Assembly: GCA_963514005.1 (NCBI GenBank)
Contig: OY740791.1
Coordinates: 39,804,001-39,868,000, forward strand
Direction: 5' to 3'
Length of the DNA stretch: 64,000 nucleotides
Origin: Raja brachyura
Lineage: Eukaryota
Made by a program: the position numbers and the translations under genes. This document shows positions 1 through 12,600 of this stretch, in pieces. The number at the start of each line of letters is the position of its first letter. Within the stretch, counting starts at the first letter, position 1. Below the pieces are notes generated by a model. That model saw nothing but the letters and a program-made list of their open reading frames with translations, made no database searches and was not told where the DNA came from.

Positions 1-346
1 CTTCATCCAGACATTTGATGTACATGACAAACAACAAAGGACCCAACACAGATCCCTGAGGCACCCCACTAGTCACCTGCCTCCAACCCGACAAACAGCC
101 ATCCACCATTACCCTCTGGCTTCTCCCATTCAGCCACTGTTGAATCCATCTTGCTATTCCTGCATTTATACCCAACAGTTGAACCTTCTTAACCAACCTT
201 CCATGAGGAACCTTGTCAAAGGCCTTACTGAAGTCCATATAGACAACATCCACTGCTTTACCCTCGTCAATTTCCCTAGTAACCTCTTCAAAAAATTCAA
301 GAAGATTAGTCAAACATGACCTTCCAGGCATAAATCCATGTTGACT
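1..346 (-). mobile_element. CR1 LINE RT fragment
   Basis: Reverse strand encodes [19 protein letters not shown] and [11 protein letters not shown]. Confidence 0.9.
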
Positions 347-489
347 GTATAATAATAATTGATGGCTCACAATGGCCAGTGACGTTTTCCGTTTTAAAGG
401 CTTTTACCATGTAAAGTCAAACATTATGAAGGCACCACACATTTAATACAACAATATATTTTGATCGATTTACAAATAATTTCACTTAA

Positions 490-495
490 TTTATT
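490..495 (-). terminator. Candidate poly(A) signal AATAAA of the TIM gene
   Basis: tttatt on + strand, ~100 nt downstream of the stop codon. Confidence 0.5.
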
Positions 496-595
496 TTCCT
501 ATTCCTGTTTACTCAATAGTTGAGGCGTTACAACATTCTAAAACTATTAACTAATTAATCAATCGATATTATTACTTGGTGCACAAAATAGTTCT

Positions 596-662
596 TTAAG
601 AAACTTGATATATATTTTCTTCAATTGCTTGATGCTGTTGCAGATCAATAGTATTGTTTAAA
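596..662 (-). CDS. TIM exon 7, cytoplasmic tail (LNNTIDLQQHQAIEENIYQVS*)
   Basis: Acceptor ttttatacccacag. EENIY matches the tyrosine motif of TIM-1 (EDNIY) and TIM-3 (EENIY). Stop at 598-596. Confidence 0.88.
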
Positions 663-3600
663 CTGTGGGTATAAAACAAGAAATTAATATATATTGTATA
701 AGAATTTTTAAATATTACCACGTCCTAAAAAGTGATTACAAATATAAATTCTTACATGTTCCTTTTTGTGGAATTCTTTGCTAAAAAAGACAAAAATACA
801 TATTGAGATGGTTATGTCAAAACAGTAACAAATATACCATATGCCATTTGTTTTGATGAACACCTACAGTATATTTTGGGAACTATTTTAAGTCGCACAT
901 TCTTTCACTTCTTGAATTATCAATATTAAACAAAACAAAGTTTGCCAGGTGTTGGTGACTGAACATAGTAGACAGATTTAATGGAAATATCAATTAAAAT
1001 GTCAACTTCCACTAAGATACTTTTAAAATAGTTTTTTACCAAAATATTAAAAATTGAACTATAACATTGTTTTGTAATTTCACTATTTTTCTGATAAGTG
1101 TGGTAAAGTCCTCTTGCTGATTACCTAACTAAGTGAGTGTTTTGTTTCATTACTCTCCATAGCGTACTGATTTATGGAAAAGAGGCACAAGCGGTGGAAT
1201 AACTCAACGGGTCAGGCAGCATCTCTGGGTATCATGGATAGGTGATGTTTTGGGGGTTGGGACCCATTTTCAGACTGATGCATTGAGTTACTCCAGCAGT
1301 CTGTATCTTTGTAACTTTACTGCCTCCTCTTATTTTCCTTACCTAATTCCCACAGTCATACACTTTGATCATATCTTGAATACTCCTTTAGATCACCGCA
1401 TTCTTAAATCATCTATGAGACTATTTCATTTGTTAATCTCTAGGTTGCTGTACTTTGGTAATAGGCATGGGAGCATTTGTGAATTCTTGGGAGGGTATGG
1501 GTGCACAGAGGTATAGCTTGGAAGTGAGAAACCAACCATATAACCTACCAATACATATCACAGTCTTCAGTATGATCAGACACATAGAAACCCATGAATA
1601 TTGAGGATTAGACCAACATCGTCATAAAACAGCGAGAATTGATGCCACATTCAGCACTGTGCTGCACAGATCCTTTACGGAGTCATACAGCACAGAAACA
1701 GGACCTTTGGTCCACCATGCCTATACTAGTCATTGTTTCATCTATGCTAACCTAAATTACCAGCACTTGGCCTATAGCCAACTGTGCCTTCAAGGGATCA
1801 TCCCATGTTTCTTTAAATGCTTTTAAACCTGCCCCCATAACCTTTTAAGGCAGCTCTTTCCAGATTACAACTCCCATCCAGGTGAAAATATTGATTTTTC
1901 AATCCCCTCTAAACTTCCTGTTCCTCACCTCCAGCCTATGGTCCATGGACTTAGACACGTCTGCCACTGAGTATTTTTTCTTATTATGAACCCATCAATG
2001 CTTATCATAATTTTGATTATAAATTTACAGCATGATAATTTTAGCTTCTTTTAAATTTAAAATGTAAAATATTTTTTTATTAAAAATTTTTTTTAAATTT
2101 AAATTCTGAGTACCGCAAATGAAAATGATTCACCATAACACTGGAGGTCCCTGCCCACCCACACATCCAAATGTCTAAACTTATCACTTACAGTTTTTCA
2201 AGAAGATGAACATTGCTATTCCAGTCAAAGAGAGCAAAACCAGAAAACCAATGCTAAGAAAAAGTGGAAGATTTGTGTCTCCGTGCTAAAAATGAAAAGA
2301 CAGATTTCATTTCAGAACTTGAAGCTAAAACAGAAAATATTGTAAATATACAACGGGCCAGGCCACATATTTGGAAAAGACAATAGTTAACCTTTCAGGT
2401 CAATTAAATGATTGACCATCCACCTGAAACATAAACTCTGTTTCTCCCTTCACAAATGCTGTCTAACTGGCTGCTATTTTGGGCATTTTGCATTAGATTT
2501 CAGATGATCAGAAACACAGTAAATGTCCTCATTTAACTGCAAAAAAAGGAATGTCCCTATTTATTGATTTATGTATGTTTTCTCTTTAGCTAAATAGGTG
2601 ATTTAGATGAACATGCTTGTCAGTTTCTCAAACCCTTGGTGTGCTAAATCTAATATCTAATATTCAGTCCAATGGCCTCTTATTATCACCCATTAATTGT
2701 TGAAAAGATCAGTTTGTATCTCCTTCATCCATCTACTTTTAATGATGTTTGAATGAAATCAGCTCCAATTTTACATTTTTCTCTGTCGTGTACTTTCTCA
2801 TTTAAATCAGCAAGATCTAGCATATCTGATCTAAATAAAGAAGTGCCAATTTCTCTATATGATTGATCATAATCCAAATGAAATCTCATTCTCAGTTGTT
2901 TCACAACAGAGCTGTAGATTCCTTTGATTACATTTATTATTAGTTAATGATGATAATCTGTTTTCTCCTAAGTTACAAGAATTTTAAGGGGGATTCCAAA
3001 TCCTGACAAATACCAGGAATCCCGAGGAGGGTGAAAAAATGTCTCCTGCTTTTGAATGTACAGGTGGTTCTGCTATCATGCATGTTTCTGTTACTCATTT
3101 AAACAGTATAGGTGAAAAAACATCTGTTTTCATGTAATCTCCCAGCAGTACTTAGACAACATTACCTCTAAAGAACACAGCTGACACTTTAACTGCAGCC
3201 GACCACTGAAATTGACAAGCAATCACTCCTATGGGCACTTGTGTAACAATCCTCATAATGTGTGATCAGAACACTTTTAGGTTTTAACACTGTTTGAATG
3301 TCTGTCTAGATCTTGCAGGAAGGTACTAAATTGGAGTGAGGCAAATTACAACATTATTAGGCAAGAGTTCAGGAAGATAGATTGGAAGCAGTTGTTACTG
3401 GGTAGAGGGGCTGTCCCACTGCGGCGACCTAATCTGCGAGTTTAGAAGAGTTTGCCCTCGACTCAAACTCGCAGCATGGTTGACGCGTGGTCCTATGAGG
3501 TCACTGGAACTCTCCTTCATGCTCGAGGGAAGTTCCCACATACTCGTGGCCTCAGCTAGGTCGCGGACAATTTTCAGCATGTTGAAATCTTTTCCGCGAG

Positions 3601-6600
3601 TAAAAATTGGTCAGCATGGTTCTTTTTAACTCGTAGTGCAGTGGTGTGGACCAAGGAAAACCGGCCAGTAGGTTAAATGCCTGCTAAATTTTATTATACT
3701 TAAGTGTCTCCACTCCTTCTCCCACCCTTCTCCTCCCCCTTCTCTCCCCCCCCCCCCCCCTGCACTCTCTAAAGAACTTACCGTTACTGTGCAGCCATCT
3801 TCTACCTTCCTCTTCATCGCGGGAGTGAATTTCAGACAGCGCTCCCCCGCTTTCCCTGGCCCCTGCCTTTGCGATGTGTGTGCGGTCGGTCGTCCAGCTC
3901 GCAGTTTCATCGCTGACGGTCGATCCAGCTCGAGGTTTTCCAGGCGAGTGCCCTCGAGCTTGAAGGTCGAAGACACTCTTCTGAACTCGAGGATTAGGTC
4001 ACCGCAGTGGAACAGCCCCTTAAGTCCCTATCTGACATGTAGGAGTCGTTTTACGGCAGTTCATCAAAGTCCAGGACTGGCAAATTCCAGGAAGGAGGAG
4101 GGATAAGGATAGCAAATTAAGGGAACCTTGGATGACCAAAAAATTGGATGATTGAAAAATTAAACCACACAGGTAGTAATCTGGATTTTCCCCAAATCAC
4201 TGCAAATTAGCACAGGGAAGCTAAAAGCAGAAAATTAAATGTTTGACTCAAATATTGGTACTGAAGAAATGGGTTTCAATTCATGGGAGAGTGGCGGCAG
4301 AGTTGCAGGGAATGGAGAAATTGTTCATCTGGGACAGGTTTTACTTGAATCATGCTGAGACAATGTCCCAGGCTTCAACATTGTGACTATGAGCAGTGTG
4401 TCCTAGGGTTTTGATGCAGATGAATGCACTGTTATTCCATCTCCAAAATTCCATGGATTCTGGATAGTTCCCACAGATTGGAAAATTAATAACAGAAATT
4501 GACAAGAACAAACCAGTTGATCAAACATACTTGTAATTTTAGGAGGCTATCAATAAATTGCCACAATTTAGATTTCTTAAATAAAAATAAAATGCACATT
4601 ATGAGAAAATGTATTGATATCCATACAGACATATAATTAATTTTTTCAGACATTTCAAAATGCGGGTTTACATTCCCTTTTACAGAATTTTGCCACTAAT
4701 TCAGTAAGCCAATGGATAATTATAAAAAGTGAAAACTGATACTGGGTCGTTGCTGAGAGACTGATTTATTGCAGCATCCATAACACCTGCGTAAAAGTAT
4801 TCGATGTTACAAATATGCTTTAGATTTTATGTAGTTTGAACCTTTGATATATGCTTACTTGTTCGGAAGTACTGTTGATTCCATTCATAGTTATTGTAGA
4901 GCTCAAAATTTCTTGAGTACCTGGGGAAAAAGAATACAATTCCGGCTGATCTCACAAGCAAGGAATCAGCTATGGTGCCTAAAAACAAGGCAAGGTATAG
5001 AAGGTCTTGGATCCAATACATTACTATTTTCCAAGATTCATTCTAACAATAATTTTCCACATAAGATCAAATAGACATTATTTGTGTCATTCCCTAATGC
5101 AAATCTTGCTAATCTGACAAGAATCTCCAATTTATGTGTCAATAAATGTTCTAACCAGTAGGTGGTGCTAGGAGCCACAGGGGCATAATTTTCCTCGGAA
5201 AGCTAAAGGTTGTTTCAGCACATTGTAACCACTTATGGGTTAGCTTCTGAGTTTACATCTTCTGCTGTTGTGTTATGAATTTACATTTACCCCTTCAGAG
5301 AATTAGTTCTGGTATTCTGTTTACACGGAGAGGTGCAACAGCTACTGAGGACATTTTATTTACTTCTAGTTTTGTGCACAAACCAGTTGTGCCAGATGTG
5401 GGAACACTGGTAGTCGCTTTCCCCATGGAATTGCCTGTGACCGGGAAGATGGGTCTTACTCACTCAGAGTAGGACATACTACTGGTAGAGGAGAGAGAGA
5501 GAAGGGGATTAGAATCCATATCTGTGCAGGGACAAACTCATTTCCATAAGGTTTTCTCACTGAAATCTGCCAATTAGTCCAGACATAACTACACATTCAA
5601 CAGGAACAAGTCTACCAGTGGATATAAAGTGACGAAAGCTTCATCCAGCTGGAGTTGGAAATAAGTTTGGGAATCACTGTTGCATGAAATAAATATTTCA
5701 TTCCTTTTGCCAGAATCCACAAGGAAGATACAGTATGCAGCTATGCTGGAATTGCAAGCTTCATCAAGATTCTCGGTATCTTGACTGCATGCACATTGAC
5801 CAAAAATCCTGCATGCCAACTCTCCAGTACAATCAAAACTACAAATAATTTAATTCCAGCAATATCCAGTGACTAAGGTAGGGGACCAGCAAAACACCAT
5901 GCCTTGGTATCACAATCCCTGCTGTGCCTTCTACATTTAAGCCATCATGACAAACCAAAGTGTAACTACTTGTGAACTGTAATAATATGGCTGGTCCAAC
6001 TGTTATTCTTGTCACCTTCCCTACTCCAGGAATACAATGGCTGATGACGAGTAAACAACTGTAAACTTGAGCAGCGTGTATACAATGTTCTGGAGTCATT
6101 CACTAGCGTCATGGCATGTAATCAGTTACAACCTCACCGTTCTGAGCAGCAGGAGGAGAAAATATTTTTTAATCATCCACATTAAATTATCCACATTTAA
6201 TGTCCATTTGTAATTCTCCCTGACCTTAGGAAACAGATAATGTCCACCTTTACAGATACACTTAGATCCGGTAAGGATAGTAGATTTCCGTGTGAACCAG
6301 ATGGGTTTTTATGATTAGTATGGTCATTTCATGATTACTCTTTGTGAGATGAACTTTTAAAAGTAAAATCTATTTTTATTGAATTGCTCAAATGCAAGTT
6401 TCCCTGCCATCATGCTGGGGTTTGAATCCACACCTTTAAGCACAGTCCACAATTCTGGCTCCTGCTCCAGTAATCTCCACTCTGCTGCTCCACTCTAACA
6501 TAGACATCATCTTTCTGTGGGGAAAGAGCCTGATTCACTGATTACAGTCACTGGCAGAGTGCCATTGATGGGAGAATTAATGCAACATTCTTCAAAGTTT

Positions 6601-9600
6601 AAGTTGATGGAACCACTGCCCCTTCCGCTCTACATCTGCCTCCTGTGCTGAGATGAGACAATCTTAACTATGTAAAACCAGACCAAATTGCAATGGAACA
6701 TATAGCTATGTTCTATATAGGTTTTCTATAGGAACATGAAACACCCCATTATGAAGTGGTCAATATATGCGTACAGAGTTGAAAGTGGATATGCAGACTG
6801 CCTTCTCCCTTTCTCTACGCTCCTCTTTCTTCCCTCCAAATCTCTGCATGGAGTTCACCCCAATTTACACACTGGAAGCACAGGATTTAATCATAGAGCT
6901 CTCCAGGACAGAAACACTTTGGCTCACTTTGTCCGCGTCGTCCAAGATGGCATTTTCTGCTATCCCATTTGCATGTCTCCAAAACCTTCATATCCATATA
7001 TTTCTTCAATTGACTTTTTAAAGGTGTATTTGTATCCACCTGTACAGCTTCCTCAACCAAATACAGACCAACCCCTGAATGAAAAGGTTGTCCCTGAGAT
7101 CCCTCTTAAATCCTACCCTCTTAATGTCAGGTTATACCTTTTAATTTTTGAATCCTGTATCTGGTAAATAGACTGTGAGCGTTCGCCTTATCCATGCACC
7201 CCGTTATCTTGTAGACCTTAATAAGGTCACACCTCAGCTTCCAATGCTCCAAGGAAAGAATTCCCAGCCTAACCAATCTGTCCCACAACTCAAGGCCTCA
7301 AGCCAAGGCAACATCCTCCCTATAGCTTGGTGACCAGAACTATATACTATACTCCGTGTGGTCTCACCAACAAATTCTACAGCTGCATCATGATGTCACA
7401 TCTTTTGTGCTCAATATTTTTCCCAATGAAAGCAAGCGTACCCTGTTAGGAGAGGTTCAGGTTATAATACATTGAGCAGTGATTCCTTGGAGGGAAAGGA
7501 TTAAAGATGTGGGATGGGACATAGAAGATGACAATGGCTAACGAACAACAATGTAAACATTCTGAATGTAAACATTGAAACAAGGTGGACCACGTGAAGG
7601 TTGCAATCTTCCACCTCAGATAGAGCTCTTAAAAATAGCGAAATCAAGGGATATGGGAAGGAGGCAGGAACGGGGTACTGATTGTGGATGATCAGCCATA
7701 ATCACAGTGAATGACGGTGCTGGCTCAAAAGGCCAAATGGCCTACTCCTGCACCAATTGTTTATTGTCTAATTGCTGATAAGGTTTCAACCAAGAAAGGA
7801 GTCGACAAATTAAAATGTAACATCGGTTGTGCTGGTTTAGCTCATACGTAAGGGTATAACACAACCTGTGGACACTTAGTGGTTGGGACTGTGCGTTTAG
7901 ACAGAGTCATGATCATGGACAAAAGAAAACTGTGAGCAGTGCTGTGGACGATGTTGGCTGCCACTGACTGCGGGGTCAACATCCTCTCCCACACCCACAT
8001 CCCTAGCAATGATCATCTAATTATACTCAAATGGATCGGTTTGGTAGACCATGATCTTTGCATACCCAGCACCAGATTTCCGAAGCAGACGTTATATTCA
8101 GAGCTCTATCATAGGAATAACTTACAAGGTGGACAGAGAAAAAAAATCCAAAGACATTTTCAAAACCTCCATGAAAATATTGCAACATTTCCATTGATTC
8201 CTGTGAAACTCTGGGCCATGACGTCTTGATGTGGAGAAGCATTTGGGGTGGCACTGAGAATCTTGAGTCCATGTGTGAGAAGCACACAAGAGAAGGAGCA
8301 CCCCACATCATGGACCAACCGTCTTGTCCCATCTACATTGGATTCCGTTACCACAGAATCCACTTAACCTGAAACTGAGGGACTGCCAAAGAAGATGCGA
8401 CCCAATAGTTTCATAACGTGAGTTGGCCCATGAATGCTCTCAGCTAAATCATGAGTCATAAATTTCTTGAGCTACTTTGCCATTGAGTGCATTGGCATCC
8501 TTCTGTACTTACCTCTGTCCCTCTCCAAGACAATCACACAGATTCCTCCTTTATGCTCTCCCTTTCATTAGGCAAAGTATCAGCCTCTAAGCTGGTGAGA
8601 GGAAAGCGGTAACAAAAGTTGTATGTCTCTATGCTGCCTGATGTAGGAAATTCTGAAAATTATCAGAATGATGAGTAGATTGTAATATGTTTAACCCAAC
8701 AGCTTACATACTGGGAAATCATGATGGGAAACGAGGCCAATATAGTGAAGGGAATTTAAGTCAAAAGAGTTTATTGTCATGTGTCCCTGACAGGACAATG
8801 AAAATCTTTCTTTGCATAGCACAACAGAACATAGAAGGCATTGACTATAATTCTATACATAAATACACCCACGACTTAATAAATTAATAGTGCAAATAAC
8901 AGATGGAGGGATATTAATGTTCAGAGTTCCGAGCCAGGTTTAATAGCCTGAGGGCTGTGGGGAAGTAGCTATTCCTAAACCGGGTTGTTGCAGTCTTCAG
9001 GGTCCTGTACCTTCTACCCGAAGGTAGCAGGGACATGAGTGTGTGGCTAGGGTGGTGTGGATCCTTGATGATGCTGCCAGCCTTTTTGAGGCAGCGACTG
9101 TGATAAATCCCCTCGATGGAAGGAAGGTCAGAGCCGATGATGGACTGGGCAGTGTTTACTACTTTTTGGAGTCTTTTCCTCTCCAGGGCGCTCAAGTTGC
9201 CGAACCAAGCCACGATGCAACCAGTCAGCAAGCTCTCTACTGTACACCTGTAGAAGGTCTCCTTCACAGACCAACTCTCCGTAATCTTCTCAGGAAGTAG
9301 AGGCGCTGATGAGCTTTCTTAACAATTGCATCTGTGTTCTCGGACCAGGAAATATCTTCACAGATGTGCACGCCCAGGAATCTGAAGCTCTTAACCTTTC
9401 AACCATCGACCCGTTGATATAAACAGGACTGTGGGTCCCCATCCTACTCCTTCCAAAGTCCACAATCATTTCCTTGGTTTTGCTGGTGTTGAGGGCCAGG
9501 TTGTTGTGTTGGCACCATATGAACAGTCGCTCGATCTCTCTTCTATACTCGGACTCATCCCCATCAGTGATACGTCCCACAACAGTGGTGTCATCAGCGA

Positions 9601-12600
9601 ACTTGATGATGGAGTTCACGCTATGACCGGCTACGCAGTCATGAGTATAGAGTGAGCACAGCAGGGGGCCGAGCACGCAGACCTGAGGTGCTCCAGTGCT
9701 GATTGTTATCGAGTCTGACACATTTCCACCAATACGAACAGACTGTGGTCTGTGGATGAGGAAGTCGAGGATCCAATTGCAGAGGGATGCGCAAAGACCC
9801 AGTTCTGCGAGTTTGGTAACCAGCTTGGAGGGGATGATTGTGTTAAATGCCGAGCTGTAGTCAATAAATAGCAGCCTGACATATGAGTTTTTGTTGTCCA
9901 AGTGGTCCATAGCGGAGTGGAGGCCCAGCGAGATCGCGTCCACCGTTGATCTGTTGTGGCGGTAAGCGAACTGCAGTGGGTCCAGGTTTTTGTCGAGGTA
10001 GGAGTTGATTTGCGCCATGATCAACCTCTCGAAGCACTTCATCACCACAGGCGTTAGTGCCACAGGTCGATAGTCATTGAGGCACGTCACCTTGCTCTTC
10101 TTGGGCACCGGTATTATTGATGCCCTTTTGAAGCAGGTGGGAACCTCAGACCTCAGAAGTGACAGGTTGAAAATGTCCGTAAAAACTCCAGCCAGTTGGT
10201 CCGCACAGGTTTTTAGGACACGACCAGGTATGCCATCAGGTCCAGACGCTTTTCGAGCGTTCACCCCTCTGAAGGATTTCCTGACGTCAGCCTCTGTGAC
10301 TGAGACTGAAATACCATCACAGCGAATAGGGGCTCGGGAAGGCACATCGGTGTTCTCCCTATCAAAGGGTGCGTAAAATGCATTGAGCTCATCAGGGGGT
10401 GATGTTTCGCTGACATCCGAGCTGCCTCCTGGTTTCGCCTTGTAAGAGGTGATTGCATTCAGTCCCCGCCACAGCTGCCGAACATCTGTCTCATCCTCCA
10501 GCTTGGAGCAGAACTCCCTTTTGGCCTTTTTGATGGCCTTACCAAGGTCGTATCTGGACTTCTTATAGACCACTGTGTCATCAGACATGAATGCCCGGTG
10601 TCTGGTCTTCAGAAGAGTGTGGATCTTGCAGTTCATCCAAGGTTTCTGATTGGGAAACACGCGGAAGGTTTTTGTAGGGATGCAGTCCTCCACACATTTC
10701 TTTATGAAGTCTGTAACGACTGGCGTATTCATTCAAGTCCGTTGCCGAGTCCTTGAGCATAGCCCGGTCTACAGACTCCAAACAGTCTTGTAGTTGTTCT
10801 TCTGCCCCTGCCGACCAGCTCTGTACTGTCCTCGCCTCTGGGTGTGCGCTCTTTAATTGCTGCCTGTAGGCAGGAAGAAGCAGCACCGCGGTATGGTCAG
10901 ATTTACCAAAGTGAGGGTGAGGGATAGAGCGGTAGGCATCCTTGATGGTGGTGTAGCAGTGGTCGAGGATGTTTGGTCCTCTAGTGCAGCAGGAGACATG
11001 TTGGTGGAAGTTGGGGAGTGATTTCTTTAGGTTTGCCTTATTGAAGTCCCCAGTAATGGTGGTAAATGCCTCGGGGTAAGACATCTGGTGTTTGTTGACC
11101 ACGGCGTGCAGCTCCTCCAGTGCCAGACGGACGTCTGCCTGGGGTGGGATGCAGACCGCGGTCAGGATGATGGAAGTGAATTCCCTCGGTAGGTAGAAGG
11201 GACGGCACTTCACCGCCAGATGTTCGAAGTGTGGAGAGCAGGAGTTGGACAGGACTACCACGCCTGAGCACCACGCAGAGTTGACCATGAGGCAGACGCC
11301 CCCTCCTCTCCCTTTCCCCGATGCCAGTGTACGGTCCATACGGTGGATGGAGAACCCTTCAGACTGGACTGCTGAGTCTGGGGAGCTGGGGGTGAGCCAC
11401 GTCTCTGTGAAACAGAACACAGAGCATTCCCTCAGCTCCCTTTGATAAAGCAACCTTGCCCTTAAGTCCTCCACTTTATTCTCAAGGGACTGTACATTGG
11501 CCAGTAGGATAGTAGGGAGAGGGGGCCGAAGTCCCCTGCGCTTCATTCTGACCTGAAGTCCTGCCCGTCGGCCACGTTTCCGGACACAATGGAGGCTTCC
11601 CCTTTGTTTCCAGGTACTGTGTTTCCTGTACCTGCTATTTCTGTGGACCAGCGCTGGAACGGGAATTCCCTCACAGACGGCAGCTCCAGCTCCGTAATGA
11701 ACGTGGGTTCCCTCAGAATCAGCAGCTCCAGCTTCATTTCTTCTGGGATATCCAGCCCGTCGGCTCTGGAGGTCATCCCGGGGTTTCCAGGTGCCGTACC
11801 TGGGCTCCTCAGTCGGGTCAGGAGTTTCACAGCCAGCGTGGGAAAATTTAAAGTCCGGTGCTCCCAGATCGCAAAATTGCCAGCGCTTTCAGGTGCACAA
11901 GCAGCCTGTCAGAAACGGCACCGATTACTGCCGTTTCCCTGATGCAGGTAAGTTGATAGAGGTTGTAGTTAAATCTTTTCTGGTCTGGTGCTCCGCAAAA
12001 GTCGCCGCAGGCAGGCGCCATCTTAGAATTTAAAGATGTTCCGAGAGGCATTAAATTAACTTATTATGGTATTTAGATTCCACAACATAATTATAGCTGA
12101 GTTGCTTCAATAGTGAAGTTGAAATAGACATTGGGGGTTATAAACTAATCATGGAAGGGACAGAGGCAACTACAGAAGGAGGGTTAATTCACCGGATGGC
12201 AAAACTCGATCAAACCCTGACCTCGCTCCCAGCACTTTGACTAATCTCTTCTATTTGCACTGTTATAATGGGAGAGGGTACTAACGGCAGTAATAACACG
12301 AACCACGGAGACAGAATGAGGCCAGTCGCATACTATTCAACTATGCAAATCTAGTGGTGGCTGGGCTCCATTGATGTGGTCAAATATTTAACTGACAAGG
12401 GCAGTGGAAAATATTTAATGACAGGGCAGTGGAAGTCTCAGAATCCATCTCGCTGAGGGTGACAATAGTTTTATGCTCGACTCTTAGAAGTAGGGAAGTA
12501 CACTGCAACTCTTTGAAGCAGGGAAGTTATGGACAGCACTAGATAGTTGACGTTCCAAATGGGAGAGTGTGTCTTACCTGCTGACCAACATATGCAGAGA

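Noticed and set aside
8513-8591. Exon-like segment with strong donor GAG|gtaagt in TIM intron 3
   Set aside because: Stops in all three frames; at most a cryptic or poison exon.
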